Positions 25,001-38,149 of a stretch of 64,000 nucleotides of DNA are shown one piece after another (position 1 is the stretch's first letter; each line of letters starts with the position of its first letter). Position numbers and translations under genes: made by a program. The notes under the pieces were generated by a model. That model was not told where the DNA came from and searched no databases. It saw only the letters and a program-made list of their open reading frames with translations. Source of the DNA: Eledone cirrhosa (lineage: Eukaryota); the NCBI GenBank assembly GCA_964016885.1, contig OZ024743.1, positions 356,438,001-356,502,000 of the forward strand, written 5' to 3'.

Positions 25001-26229
25001 GCTCTGGGGCAATAAGTAGCAGCAAGTGCCCACAAAATACTAGCTCTTTCAACTGCGCAGAGGGTTCTATAGAAATAGTGGATAGCTTCCGTTACCTGGG
25101 TGACAAAATCAGCAGTGGGGGAGGGTGCTCTGAAAGTACAGTAGCTAGAGTCAGAACTGGATGGAAAAAGTTCAGAGAGCTTATACCGCTATTAGCCGCT
25201 AAAGGGTTCTCCCTAAAAATGAAAGGCAGGTTGTACGATGCCTGCATACGAACAGCAATGTTGCATGGCAGTGAGACCTGGGCATTGTGTGCAGAGGATA
25301 TACGCAGACTAGAGAGAAACGAAGCTTGCATGCTCCGCTGGATGTGTAATAGTAATATACGTGAACGGCAATGCATAAACGAACTAAGGAAAAAATTAGA
25401 AATAAGAGAGAGCAGATGTTGTTTACTCGAGAGAAAGCTACGTTGGTATGGTCACGTGATGCGCATGAAGGACGATAGCTGTATAACAAAGTGCAGGGCA
25501 ATAAAGATAGACAGTAGCCACGGAATAGGCAGACCCAGAAAAACCTGGGACGAGCTGATAAATTCCGACCTCACACACTTACACCTCACCAAGACAATGT
25601 CACTGGACCGAGACCTTTGGCGGTACTCAGTAATAGAGAAGACCCGCCTTACCTAAATACAAAGTAAAACCTACTACAGTCAGTAGGCATCTCTAACAAA
25701 ATACACCCCCGTCCCACCACCCCCACCCCATCCACACCGCCCCTTTCAATGTAAAGTTATGTTGGTGCCACAAGATCCAGGCCGAAACAAATGAGATTGT
25801 GTAGGTGTCACGTCAAAAAACACACAGTTCACGCTGTAATGTGGCCGTGTAGGCAACACGGTAAAAACCTCCCATCCCCACACTGTAAATGTGGTTGGTG
25901 TTAAGAAGGGCATCCAGCTGTAGAAAACCCGTCAGATAATCACTCTTGCCTCAAGTGGGAAAACCCCCGTCCAAACCCATGCAAGCGTGGAACACGGACG
26001 TTAAACGATGATGATGATGATGATGATGATTATATATACTATTATATTTTTATGGTAAAGGTATTACCTCACATAATTATCTCGCATAATATGGAATCTA
26101 TGAGATTTTGATATCATTTATTTTGAGAACAATACCTTAACATCTGTATGAGTGGCCGGTTACAGCTGGTTTGAACAGAAAGAGGTGAGAGAATTCTGGC
26201 CGGATATGGCCGGTTTAAATGCTAAAGGG
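22038..26229. mobile_element. Possible piggyBac-like MITE hosting the RTE-X LINE
   Basis: Left TTAA|CCCTTTAACATT, right AATGCTAAAGGG|TTCA: inverted ends with a TTAA-like target site. Confidence 0.45.
22280..26030 (+). mobile_element. Near full-length RTE-X-type LINE (APE + RT with internal PHD finger)
   Basis: APE: NVGTL, IQETRW, SAYAPQ, GDLNGHVG, VDYIL, SQHRL. RT: FVDLEKAFDRVP, GVHQGSVLSP, LLYADD, FRYLG, LRWYGHV, GRPRKTW. (GAT)n tail. About three disablements (frameshifts near 22620 and 23730, stop at 22835). Confidence 0.93.
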
Positions 26230-26624
26230 TTCAAGAATTTGGGAAGAATTTACTAAAATTTATAATTTCATTAACAGTGTATTTGTAACAACAAAATGTT
26301 CTTATATAAAATTATGTTAGCAGGCTTAGATTAAGTAAGAACCCTTTAAAATAGTTGGTTTTGTTCCATAGAAACAGTGGCAGTTTTGGGAGGGTTGGTA
26401 TCAAAAAGGTTAAATTATTAAACAGAAAGACAAATCAAGACAAGTAGGCCAGAGCAGAATTTGAATCTGAACAGAAAATAGTTGAAATAGACACCTCAAT
26501 GTATCTTATCCAATGTTCTACCATTTCCACTGCACTAGATGATGAAAGGCAAAATATATAGAGAGAAATAGTGAGGTTTCAGGTTCAAGATTAGTTCACT
26601 GCTCAGTACTATTTTTTGGTATTT

Positions 26625-27145
26625 TTAATTTAGGCACAAAGCCAGCAGGTTTTGGGGAAAGTAAAGTCGATTCAATCAATCCTAGTGCTTGACAGGTACT
26701 TTATTTTATCAACCGCTGAAGAATGAAAGGCAAAGTTGACCTTGGCAAGATTTGAACTCAGAATGTAACTGTCACTAAATGCAGCAAAGCATTTTGTCTG
26801 ATGCTTCACCAATTCTGCCAACCCACCACCAGGAGGAGGATAATAATAGTGATGGAGATAAAGATGAAAGGATGTCATATTCATGAGTAAAATATTTAGC
26901 CCCCAAACATATGTGTAATTAAATATTTAAAAGCTTCTAATATAAGCACAAGTCCAACAATTTTCAAGGAGAATGGAAAGTCAATTAAATCTACTCTGGT
27001 ACTTAACTGGTACTTTATTTCATTGATCCTGGAAGGATGAAAGACAAAGTTGACCTCAGCAGGATTGTAAATGAGAAGGTGAATTGTCAGCACAAATGCG
27101 ACAATGCATTTTTCTGATGCTCAAATGCTTCTGCCAATCCACCAT
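26625..27145 (-). mobile_element. Two diverged SINE family A copies
   Basis: ggtactttatttt..gaaaggcaaagttgacct..gatttgaactc..tctgccaa at 26625-26830 and 26935-27145. Confidence 0.75.
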
Positions 27146-27568
27146 ACTAACCCCATGTACAGTATAAAGGCATGAATAACTACTCAGATAATACCCCTGA
27201 AATTCATAAAACCCATGAACACTTAGACAACTATCCTTTCATTTTACTGCTATCTGTGTGGGCTTTACACGAATATCGCAACAACTATGAGAAAACAGAT
27301 GCTATGCAATGTGCATGATGCACATATGAAAGCAATTAAACAGTGCAACGGAGAATAAACAAAATTGGTGCCACTGCAGAAGTGAAGCATTACACATTTG
27401 TTGTTGTGGTGGTAGTTAATTTTTGGAAAGTTGTTCAGTAAAGAGTGAAGTGGAGGAGGGGTGATTAAATAAGAGTAGTGGGGGTAGAGAGCTGAAATTT
27501 ATATTAAATTTCAAAAAAGTATTAATATTTATAATCTAATTTGTTTTAAATAATCAAATAATTTTCAG

Positions 27569-27611
27569 GAGGAAAAAAAATGAAAAATTTAATTCAAACT
27601 TTTTTCTTTAA
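27569..27611 (+). other. Candidate 43-nt host exon
   Basis: attttcag| ... TAA|GTAAGT; open frame GKKMKNLIQTFFF. Very AT-rich, so could be chance. Confidence 0.25.
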
Positions 27612-28642
27612 GTAAGTTTGTTGTTTTGTGTGTGTGAACATAGATATAAATTCAATGCTTGCTGGCAGAGTGAATGAACGGAAAATGATGATATATATAT
27701 ATATATATTCATACCACTATCATCATCATCATCATACTTGTCATTTTACGTCTGCTCTTCCATGTCAGCATAAATTGGACATATATGTAGATATATAAAA
27801 TATGGTGATATAAATAATTAAGTTAGAATAAAGTTACATTTTTCAATATTTAAATTAATTTTCACTTTATGTGTATGTGTGTGGAGTCAAAGTAATGTGA
27901 CTATGTGAGTGTATGAAACACACACATACTGATGATGATGTACACACATATAACTGAATCAGTTTTTTGTCACGTATATATATTTATTGTCATAAGAAAA
28001 CTTAATTGCAGGTTATAAAAAAATTACTAATAAGCTTCATATTGATAAATGCAAACCTTAATTAAATCCAATTATACATTGTGTGATTAGCTGAATTTAT
28101 ATATGCATATTTGCACACATCTACAATTCATTATAAGCACAGCTACTACTTCAGCATATATATATATATAGAGAGAGAGAGGGAGAGAGAGAGAGAGAGA
28201 GACCATCATCATAATCACCGTTTTTACGTTGGTTTTTCCATGCTTGCATGGGCTGGTCATACATATGCACACACACATACATATATATATTCATACCCAG
28301 AGACAAATACTTGCACATTGACAAACATATACTCACACACACACGCACACACACACAAGAAATTTGTCTAAATGCAAGGCTAACAGATTTTGTCATCAGA
28401 ATTACAAAAATTTCAAATAATTAATAGATTTTTGAAAGTTGAAACTTATAGTTTAACAATTAATTTTTAAAAGTTTATATTTAATTTTTAAACATATTCA
28501 TACTCATACACACATACACGCTCACATAGCACACATATATACATGCAAACAACCACACACACGTTTGCATACACATCTATATATGTGTGTGTGTGAAGGC
28601 AAATGTATATTGTGTATGTAATTTATATGTATATATATAAAT

Positions 28643-28980
28643 GGAGGCACATGGCTTAGTGGTTAGAGCGTTGGCCTTGCAATTGAAAGGTGAGTTCAAT
28701 TCTCAGACCGGGTGATGTGTTGTTTCCTTGAGCAAGACACTTTATTTCACATTGCTCCAGTTTACTCAGCTGTAGAAATGAGATGATAGGGACTGGGGTC
28801 CATATCATTCCACTGCAAAGTGGTCGTTGAGGTGCCATGGCAAAAAAGCACCCAGCACTCACTGTAAATGAGGTTGGTGTTAGGAAGGGCATCCAGCTGT
28901 AGAAATCAAGCCAGAATCAGTTCCCGTCCCACCCTTGCAAGCAGGGAAAACGCGGACGTAAAATGAAATGATGATGATGA
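28643..28980 (+). mobile_element. tRNA-derived CORE-like SINE family B with RTE-X tail
   Basis: A box TGGCTTAGTGG, B box GAGTTCAATTC, CORE-like TCCTTGAGCAAGACACTT, one 48-bp unit, then ggtgttaggaagggcatccag..cggacgtaaaa(tga)n. Confidence 0.87.
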
Positions 28981-29469
28981 AATGATGATATGAGTGTATG
29001 TGGTGGGTGTGTTCATGTATATGTGTGTGTGTCTGCATGTTTGTGTTTGTGTGTGTATACTTTGAGGTATTATCCAAAGTGATGAAATTAATAGTGACAA
29101 AATACCTCTTAGAGAAAAAAAACAAAAGGTTAATGTTAGGAACTCAAAAAATAGGTGACAAATTGGTATTAAATTTGTTAGACAATCGGACAAATACCTT
29201 GGAGTATTTGTTCAAAATCTCTGTTTTCAAAGTTCAAATCTCAACGTAGTCAACTTTAATTTATGTAAAACAGATGTGCATTTGGTCATAGAACAAGATA
29301 AATAGTATATATTATGTTTATAAACAAAAAATATGGCTTGGTATCAGGAAGGACATGTGGTTGTCAAAAAAGATGCCTATAAAAAGCTTGTTTACCCCAT
29401 GGCCAGCTTGGGGAAGCAAAAACAATGATGGTGGTGAGGATAACATAATCTGCCATTATATATATTCTG

Positions 29470-29660
29470 GGCGGTGGATTGGCAGTATCGGTAGAAGGTC
29501 GGACGCCATGCTTTGCAGCATAGAGTTACGGCCCTTTACAGTTTGAGTTCAATTCCTGCCGAGGTCAACTTTGCCTTTCATCCTTATGGGGTCGATAAAA
29601 TAAGTACCAGTAATGCACTGGGTAATTGCTGGCCTTGTGCCAAATGTAGAAACAATTATA
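29470..29660 (+). mobile_element. Full-length SINE family A
   Basis: GGCGGTGGATTGGCAGTATCGG..GAGTTCAATTCC..central domain..GTAGAAACAATTAT. Confidence 0.88.
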
Positions 29661-29711
29661 TATATTCTTGGCAGTAAACTAAGCTTGAAGATGCAACTTC
29701 ACCTGCGCATT

Positions 29712-30310
29712 AGACACGACAGTTGTATAAAAAAGTGCAGGGTGATCAAAATTGGTGGAAGTTACAGAGTAGGTAGACCCAGAAAAACCTGGGACGATTT
29801 AATAAATTCTGACCTTACACACTTACACCTCCTAAGACAATATCACTGGACCGAGATCTTCGGCGCTACGCAGTAATACAAAAGACCCTCCTTGCCAATG
29901 TACAAAGCGAAACCTACAGTCAGTAGGCACCTCTTAACCAATTATACACCCCATCCCACTAACCCTACTCCACACACCCCACTCCCACCAATACCACCCT
30001 TTCTCTGTAAAGTTATGTTGGTACCACAACATCCAGTCCAAAATGAATGAGGTCGTGTCGGTGTCACGACAAAAAAATACACAGTCCACGCTGTAATGTG
30101 GCCGTGTAGGTAACACGGTAAAAACCTCCCAGTCCACACTGTAAACGTGGTTAGTGTTAGGAAGGGCATCCAGCCGTAGAAAACCTGCCAGACAGTCCTA
30201 TACGAGCGAGACATGGTCACCCAACCAAACTTGCCTCAAGTGGGACAATTCTCGTGTAAACCCATGCTATCGTGAAAGATAGACGTTAGACGATGATGAT
30301 GATGATGATT
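29712..30310 (+). mobile_element. 5'-truncated RTE-X copy (RT C-terminus + 3' UTR)
   Basis: DSCIKKCR..GRPRKTWDDLINSDL and a 3' UTR matching 25470-26030. Confidence 0.9.
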
Positions 30311-30687
30311 TTGCTTTCCATCATTTCGGAGTCAATAAATTCTTAACATCCTGAATATCTTGTTAATGTGTTTTCATGTAATTTGTTAATTCAAATGTTT
30401 ATAGCATATTTACTTGAGGAGAAATCGTTGTGAAAATTTGCAGTATTAGAGTAAAGACTAATTTTTAATATGATGCAGTCATAATGTTGCTTTGTAATTT
30501 TCAAGAATGTCTTGCTGGTTTATGTGGTACAGGATGTTAAGATTTAAATAAAGTACCACTACAGAACAGTGGATGGGCAAAATTGTTAAAGCATTGGATG
30601 AGATGTTTTGCAGTATCTACTTAGGCTCTTAGCAGTCTGAGTTCAAATCTTGCTGTGACCTAACTATATGGCAGGCACCCAGTTGAG

Positions 30688-30924
30688 CCCTTTAATTACC
30701 ATATTTTTAAATAAATACACTGCATTTGGATTAATTAATGGAGAATTGGGATGGATTTTCTAAAATTATTATTTATTTCATTATTAAGATGGTATCTGCA
30801 ACACAACCTAAGAAAAGGTTCATATATCAAATCATGTTGTAAGATTATAATTTTGATATAGGAATGTGGATGGGTTTGTTTCATAAAACTAGAACCAGTT
30901 TTCGGAGGGTTGGTATCAAAAGGG
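30688..30924. mobile_element. piggyBac-like MITE
   Basis: CCCTTT ... ATCAAAAGGG|TTAA; related copy at 46771-46908. Confidence 0.55.
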
Positions 30925-31595
30925 TTAATACCACCAGTATTGTTGGGTGTTTTGAACATTCAACCCAGGGCTCCAGTTTGAAGATACTTGTCCCCTCTAA
31001 CCAATCTTGAAAAACTAAAACGGTCTTAGCACTGACCGTCCACCCTGATTAGACAATAAAAAAGGGGTAAATATTTTATAATTACAGCAAAGTTTTTATT
31101 TTTTCCTCCAACTAAGAAGTTAATTTCAATTAATTGAAATACATCTGCATATATCATTCAGTAGTACATTAGTCTTTAATCCTTTCTCTACCATATTTTT
31201 AATGAAAAAACTACCTACAATTTTCAAATCAATTTAAAAATAATCAAGAATTTTGAAGACTTTAGTAATATAGCTAACTTTTTTAATATAAAGCTGGTAT
31301 TTCAAACAACTTAAAGAATCTAAGAGTGCTTACATGATATTATGATGGGTGTTAGGAAGAGTATCCAGCCATAGAAACCATACTGAAATAGAACATTTGA
31401 TCAAGACATGGTCTTTTAAACCAGTCGTCTACAACCATTTCTATACCACGGACCGGCTTCATTCCGGACAATCTTTCCACTGACCAGTAGTTGACCTTAT
31501 ATGTTATTTAAGTGCATTTCGATAAAGAGAGCAATAATGAAAAACAACAGTTTATTAATGGGAAGAAAAGGTGCATTAAATATATGCATATTGAA

Positions 31596-32580
31596 TCATC
31601 ATCATCATCATCATCATCATCTTCGTTTAACGTCCATTTTCCACGCTAGCATGGGTTAGACGGGAGTTGTCCCACTTGAGGCAAAGCTCGTCGGGTGACC
31701 GTGTCTCGCTCATATAGGACTATCTGGAAGGTTTTCTACGGCTGGATGCCCTTCCTAACACCATTCCATCATAGCCATCACTATGTTGTCCAACGTGACC
31801 GTTTAGATCGGCAGCAATAATTAAGTAGCCACTGTCGGTTATTTGGGAGGTAGTGTGCATTAGCATCTCATAGAACCTGTCCTTTATAACATCAGATAGA
31901 CCACATTGGGGTGCATAAGCAGATATTATTGTCACAGTAGTTCTATTTAGAACTAGTCTTAATTCAATTATTCTGTCATTCACTCTATTTACGTCAATTA
32001 CCTTATCTATTCATTTTTCAGCTAACATAATTCCTACACCACCCTGTCCGTTGTCATTTCCCACCCAGAAAAGTTTATAGCATCGTTTTTTATCCACGAT
32101 GAATCTGGCAGACCCCACCACCTCTCCACCTAGTCTCTTGAATACAACAAACATTAACTTCTTTACATTCAAGCCTCTCTACAACCTCATTTGAGCGACC
32201 TTTCAATGTGCCTACATTCATGGTACCAACTCTGAAGTTGGGAGGGTGGGATGGATGGGTTGGAGGGGCAGGGAGGGGTGTGGGAGACGGGATTTTGTTG
32301 GTCATCTGTGTCTGAAATAAAGAGGGGTCCTTGTATTCTCCTCTTGCAGCAGGAGGTGAATTTATCTTTATCTGTGACATTGTCATCGAGTGCTTAGACT
32401 TTTCAAATTTCCGCAGTCAACCCATGAAACAGGTCTAAACTTAAGGAGTAGTAACCGGGGTGGTAGCTTTGCTATACTGATTTGTTAGAGAACTTACTAA
32501 AGCCGCTGAGTTATGATTGGACCATATAGCAATGGTGGTGTGTGGGGGTGGGAGAGAGGGAAATGGGTGACTTTAGGAGA
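31596..32580 (-). mobile_element. Internally deleted RTE-X derivative: 5' UTR + APE N-half fused to the 3' tail
   Basis: RVGTMNVGTLKGRSNEVV..SAYAPQ..DLNGHVGQHSDGYDG, then directly tggtgttaggaagggcatccag..(GAT)n; junction near 31765. Confidence 0.88.
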
Positions 32581-32676
32581 AGTTTAGTTTTTATGAAGGG
32601 TCCAACAGATTGAGACATATTAAAAACATGTAAAATAATAATTTAAAATCAGAGAGGAAAACGGAAAATTTGAATT

Positions 32677-33045
32677 GTTACGTCTGCTTTTCTCTGCTTG
32701 CACGGGTGGGACGGGAACTGATTCTGGCTTGATTTCTACAGCTGGATGCCCTTCCTAACACCAACCTCATTTACAGTGAGTGCTGGGTGCTTTTTTCCGT
32801 GGTGTCTACACGTCTACTTTACAGTGTGGGCTGGGTGCTTTTTTGCCATGGCACCTCCACGACCACTTTGCAGTGGAATGATAGGGAACCCAGTCCTATC
32901 ATCTCATTTCTACAGCTGAGTAAATTGGAGCAATGTGTAATAAAGTGTCTTGCTTATGGAAACAACACATTACCCGGTCTGAGAATTGAACTCACAACCT
33001 TTCGATTGCAAGGTCAATGCTCTAACCACTAAGCCATGTGCCTCC
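32677..33045 (-). mobile_element. SINE family B (two 48-bp units)
   Basis: Reverse complement of 28643-28980 with one extra unit. Confidence 0.87.
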
Positions 33046-33521
33046 ATTTAAACAAATCTTTTTGAAATTAAAGTCCAATATTCAATTTATTTATCATATA
33101 GTTTTAAACAAGTTAATTATCTCTTTGTGGCCTGGTAGCAAATGATCCACGGCCCGGTGATTGGGGACTTCTGCTCTAGCCCACCTAGACACAGACTATG
33201 ACAACTCATCCGACCCATACCAATATGGAGAATGGCCGCAAGATTAAGATGATGATAAACCTTTTAACTCCTACAGTTTTGTATTGTTGAACCAGGTGCT
33301 ATTTCAGACAGTCTGCTATCTAAAGGGTTAACAGTATGTCATTGGCATATTCCAATTATTTCCTTGCACTTGTTTTCTTTTCTTAACTGATGACAAGAGA
33401 CAGTATCAATAATGATCATGTTGTTATTGTTGTTATTGTTACTTTGTTCGTTCAAACAATGCCATAGAATTAGCTGGATTAACATAGATAAGGTAAAAGG
33501 GTTCAGCTGAATTAAAAGACA

Positions 33522-33567
<46 letters not shown>

Positions 33568-33639
33568 CTCTCCCTCTCATTTCCACCACACTCTGCACCT
33601 CTGCCAAGCATTGTTACCTCACCACTATCACCATCATTC

Positions 33640-35640
33640 ATCACTGCAGGGACTGAATGTTGTTGTGGTGGTGGTGGTGGTGGTGGTGCTAGTGCTGATG
33701 ATGATGATAATGCTAATGGAAGTGATAAAGTTGATGGTAGTGATAATGATGATGATGGTGGTTATGCTGGTGACAGTGTAGTTGGTGGAGATGGCAATGG
33801 TGGTGGTAGAAAGGGCAGTGTTGGTTGTGGCAGTGAGTGTAGTAGGTAGAGTGGTGAAATGTAGCACAGTTTTAGTGTCCTTGGTGGCCACTAGTTGTTA
33901 CAAGTACAGAAGTAATGGCAATGAATAAAAACACCAGCACTATCACCACTACAACATCAGCACCATCACAGCATCCCCCAGCACCACCTCTTCAACAACA
34001 TCCACCATCTTAAACACCATCACAATAACATACACCAGCACTATAACAACAACAGCAACAACCACTATCACCCACACAATAGCAACAATCACCGACATCA
34101 TGATAACTACACCACCACCACCACCCCTCAGCATCACAACACCAACCATACTGGTCATCACGACCACAACAACAACCACAGGACTACAACAATAACAACA
34201 ACCACCACCACCATCTCTACCACCACTGCCACCACTACCACTACCATTATCACCATCTCCACCACACCACTACCATTATCACCATCACTACCACTACCAT
34301 TATCACCATCTCCACTGCCTCCACCTAAACCACCTACCGCTGCTACCATTATCACCACCACCACTACTACCATTATCACCACCACTACTGCCGCTACCAT
34401 TATCACCACCACCACCACTACCATTATCACCATCACTACCACCACCATTATCACCACCACTACCATTATCACCACCACCACTACCATTATCACCATCACC
34501 ACTGCTACCATTATCACCACCACCGTTACCATTATCACCACCACCACTACGATTATCACCATCACTACCACCACCATTATCACCACCACCGGTACCATTA
34601 TCACCACCACCGGTACCATTATCACCACCACCACTACCATTATCACCATCACCACCACTACCATTATCACCACCACCACAACCACCACTACCATTATCAC
34701 CATCACTACCATTATCACCACTACTACCACTGCTACCATTATCACCACCACCACCACCACCATCCACACCACACCATCATCAACATCACCCCCATGTGGC
34801 AGGAGTGCATCCACAACAGATCTTTGTGAATAAAGGAACATTTAAAAAGGATTAGCCATGTTGATTTTCTTGGAGATTTCTTCTCAGAATACCATCGCTA
34901 CCATCACCACCACCCCTATCACCATTGTTATCAACACAGCCACTACTACCACCACCAACATCAACACCACTACCATCACAATTGCAGATATTACTATTAC
35001 CACTGCTAATACAACAGCCATCAATAACTCTGCCACTGTCACTATTACCACCATCACCACCACCACCACTACCACCACTACCACAACCACCACCACCACC
35101 ACTGCTAATGCTACAGTTACCACCATCACTGCTAATGCTACTATTACCACTACCACCATAACCCCCACCACCACCATCACTGTTACCATTACCAGCAGCA
35201 TCCCCAATGCTAATGCTAGTATTACCACCACTACCATTTCCACTGCCACCACCACAATTACAACTATCAACCCCGCCATCTCCGTAACCAAAGCAACTTT
35301 ATTTATTCTAAGTCATCGATGTGACTCTAGATGTTTCAAGACTACATTAAGGGATTAACATTGACATCACTAGCACTACTACCAGTGGCCAACCACACAC
35401 CACCACCACCACCACCACAATCAGCAGCATCATCATCATCATCGCCACCACTACTGGACTCTACCACACTAATAATAACAACAACAAAAGCAACCACCCT
35501 CACCACATCAACATCGACACCACTGACACTACTACCGCTAACAATAACAACCAGCAACACCACTGCCAATACTACAAACAGCAGAACTTATATAACCACC
35601 CCCAGCCCTCACAGCTAACACTGCCACAACCACAAAGGCC
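33640..35640. repeat. (ACC/CAC/ATC)-rich low complexity including a 21-24-bp minisatellite
   Basis: accactaccattatcacc(acc/atc) repeated about 20 times at 34240-34760. Confidence 0.9.
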
Positions 35641-36014
35641 CCAACAGTAGCAAGCAAATCCAGCTGTATTTCAGAAGCTAGAGCAAGGAGCAAAGAAGAT
35701 CCCCTCTCCATCCTTCCACACGCCCATCATAAAATCAAAGGGAACCATAGAGCAACAACTAGCAGCCCCAAACAACAACAATGAACGCACAAAATAGGGT
35801 TGCTGCCAAAGTCCTCCGACAGAGATGGCATTAAGCCCATTCTTCAACAGACAAATACTGCTTCAATATGTTTAATGATGTAACCCCTTAATTGAAGAAT
35901 ATGTTAAACCTTAATGCAAAAATGGAAAACAAAAACATGACATTGCTGGTAAACTTGCTACTTAAAAATTACAGCACCACCAGCATATCTCTAGCACTAC
36001 TACAACTATTAATA

Positions 36015-36825
36015 ATAATGATTTATTTATTATTGGCCACAAGGGCCGAACATAGAGGATGATACAAAGACGGGGACAGTGCGGATTTACTTGCAGTCGA
36101 GTAAAAAAAATAAAAATAAAAATAACAACAAAATTCCCCAATTGGAGGTGATACCACCAGGGGGTGACGTTAGGAACAACAAAAGTCCCAACCAACCCTC
36201 AACTCCAAGAGCACCCTAGGAGGACACTCCTCTCTCCCTCCATCTTTCCAGCCTACAGGTGCATGCTCAGAATGGGTCCATTCACACAAGCCATTCTTGC
36301 AACAATCACCCACCTTTTAAAAAATGTTCTAGGGGCAGCATTTCTCTCTCCACCCTTATCTTCCTTTCCAAGTGGAACTTGAAAAAGTTGAAGAGGGCTT
36401 GACGGAAGAGGAAAGTGTCTGTCCTCAGACCTTTCAGTCGCGTCCACCATACAGCTATCAGACAGAGGAAAACTGCCTGCCCTTCCCAGTCAAAAGAAGG
36501 CGGCGGGGCGATCTTCACTATGGACTTCGGCGAGTACATGCAAAACAGTTTCATCACTCATTGCGCATCTCGGACAGCTCCATCTGATAGCACTACCATG
36601 TCTATAGAGGATATCTTGAACCGGCAGGGCTCCCCGATAGCTCTGCCAAGCAAGGGATTTCTGGAAATTGTCCATAGTCCCTGGCTCAAAAGTCCTTCAG
36701 AAAGTACTGGCTAGTTCATATTCGTCGACGCCTAGAAATCTCCCCGACAGCGTCGTCGAACTTGCCCACCACTAATCCTCTATAGAACTCTAGAGTGTAA
36801 GTTCCACTGACTGCATTGCCCGTAA
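36015..36825 (-). mobile_element. 3' fragment of a Tx1/L1-clade LINE (zf-RVT region + 3' UTR)
   Basis: DNFQKSLAW..RGALPV..CPRC..DETVLHVL; 3' end gtggccaataaataaatc followed by (ATT)n. Confidence 0.8.
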
Positions 36826-36834
36826 TGAGTTCAA

Positions 36835-37615
36835 ATTTAGGCACAAGATCAACAATTTGTGAGGAAAAGAAAATCAATTATATTGACTCCAGTACTTTAC
36901 TGGTACTTTATTTTATTGACCTCAGTGGTATTTGAACTCTAAATGTACAAAGTTGTAACTAAGTTCTCTAAAGCATTTTGCCCAATGACTTAATAATTCA
37001 GCCAATCCATCACCCTCACTGCTACGACTGCTACTACTACTGCTAATAATAATTGTTTCTGATTGAGACACAAAGCCAACAGTTTCAAGGAAGGGTAAAG
37101 TTGATTAAATTGACCCAAGTGCATTACTCGTATTTTATTTTACTGACCATGTAAGGATGAAAGGCAAAGCAAGCACCAGCAGCCTTTGAACTCAGAATTT
37201 AAAGGGTTGAAACTATATGCTGCAGAGCATGTCAGGCAGCTTTTGTCAAAATGGCCAGCAATTGTTGAGGAAAACTCCAGTACTTTATTGATTTTATTGA
37301 CCTCAGAAAGGCAAAAGCCCCCCCAAAAAAAAGTTGACCTAGCAGGATTTGAACTCAAAACATAAAACCTGGAACAAATGCTGCTAAGTATTTTATCCAA
37401 TGTTCTAACTAGTCTGCCAATCCACTAATTAATTGTTTCTACTTTTGGCACAAGGCCAGTAATTATCCCAGTGTATTACTGGTGCTTTATTTTATCAACC
37501 CCGTAAGGATGAAAGGCAAAGTTAACCTCAGCGCGATTTGAACTCAGACCATAAAAGGCTGTAACTCTTTGCTGCTAAGCTTGGCGTGCGACCCTCTACC
37601 GATACTGCCAATTCA
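36835..37615 (-). mobile_element. Head-to-tail cluster of about four SINE family A copies
   Basis: ggcacaag..tactttatttt..gatttgaactc..gccaat recurs at about 36835, 37050, 37250 and 37432. Confidence 0.8.
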
Positions 37616-37619
37616 CTAA

Positions 37620-38133
37620 TCTAAACTATAATAAAGGAAGGTCTGCGGGACTGTCCCGTTAGTAAAATAAGTTGGATTACTTTGAATAAATAATGAGTGA
37701 ATATTACATAATTTATCTACTAAATTTCGTAAACAAAAATAATTTCGTAAAAATAATAATTTAAAATTGACTTCTTTTCAAAGTTGCACTTCCGGCATAT
37801 CGTTGCCACCACCACCACTTCAACTGCCATATAAATAGAAAGAGAGAGTGTGTGATGTCAACACTTCCGGTGGCGATCACTTAAATAAACATACTAATTT
37901 TCCGTCACTAATTTTCTCCTAAGCAGTTTATATATAATATCGTCTTTTTTTAATGTATCATGGATTACGTTACTGATTACATAAGACAGCGTAACAACGT
38001 CTTCGTTCAAATTCTGTCAATTACGATTTTATTTGATGTATCATATCTACATGTATATATACTTGCGTATAATATCAATATACACACTACACATGCTAGC
38101 AGAAAACCACCCCAAGGGTAGTTTTTCTGCTAG
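37620..38133 (+). mobile_element. Non-autonomous Helitron-like element
   Basis: A|TCTAAACTATAATAAAG 5' end; 3' hairpin CTAGCAGAAAACCACCC-CAA-GGGTAGTTTTTCTGCTAG|T. Confidence 0.75.
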
Positions 38134-38149
38134 TTAATTATAATAAAGT

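Larger units (their letters stand above)
31422..33173. mobile_element. hAT (Charlie-like) MITE with nested insertions
   Basis: Left CAGTCGTCTACAACC..CCACGGACCGG, right CCACGGCCCGGTGATTGGGGACTTCTG. Flanks ttttaaac / ctctagcc loosely fit an NTCTAGAN target. Splits an RTE-X tail (31345-31412 and 33180-33258). Confidence 0.6.

Noticed and set aside
28643-28715. tRNA gene
   Set aside because: A and B boxes are present but continue into a CORE-like body and LINE tail in several copies, so this is a SINE head.
34158-35358. Gly-rich (GGDNGS) or Thr-rich mucin-like ORFs
   Set aside because: By-products of ACC/CAC minisatellites; open on both strands with no unique domain.
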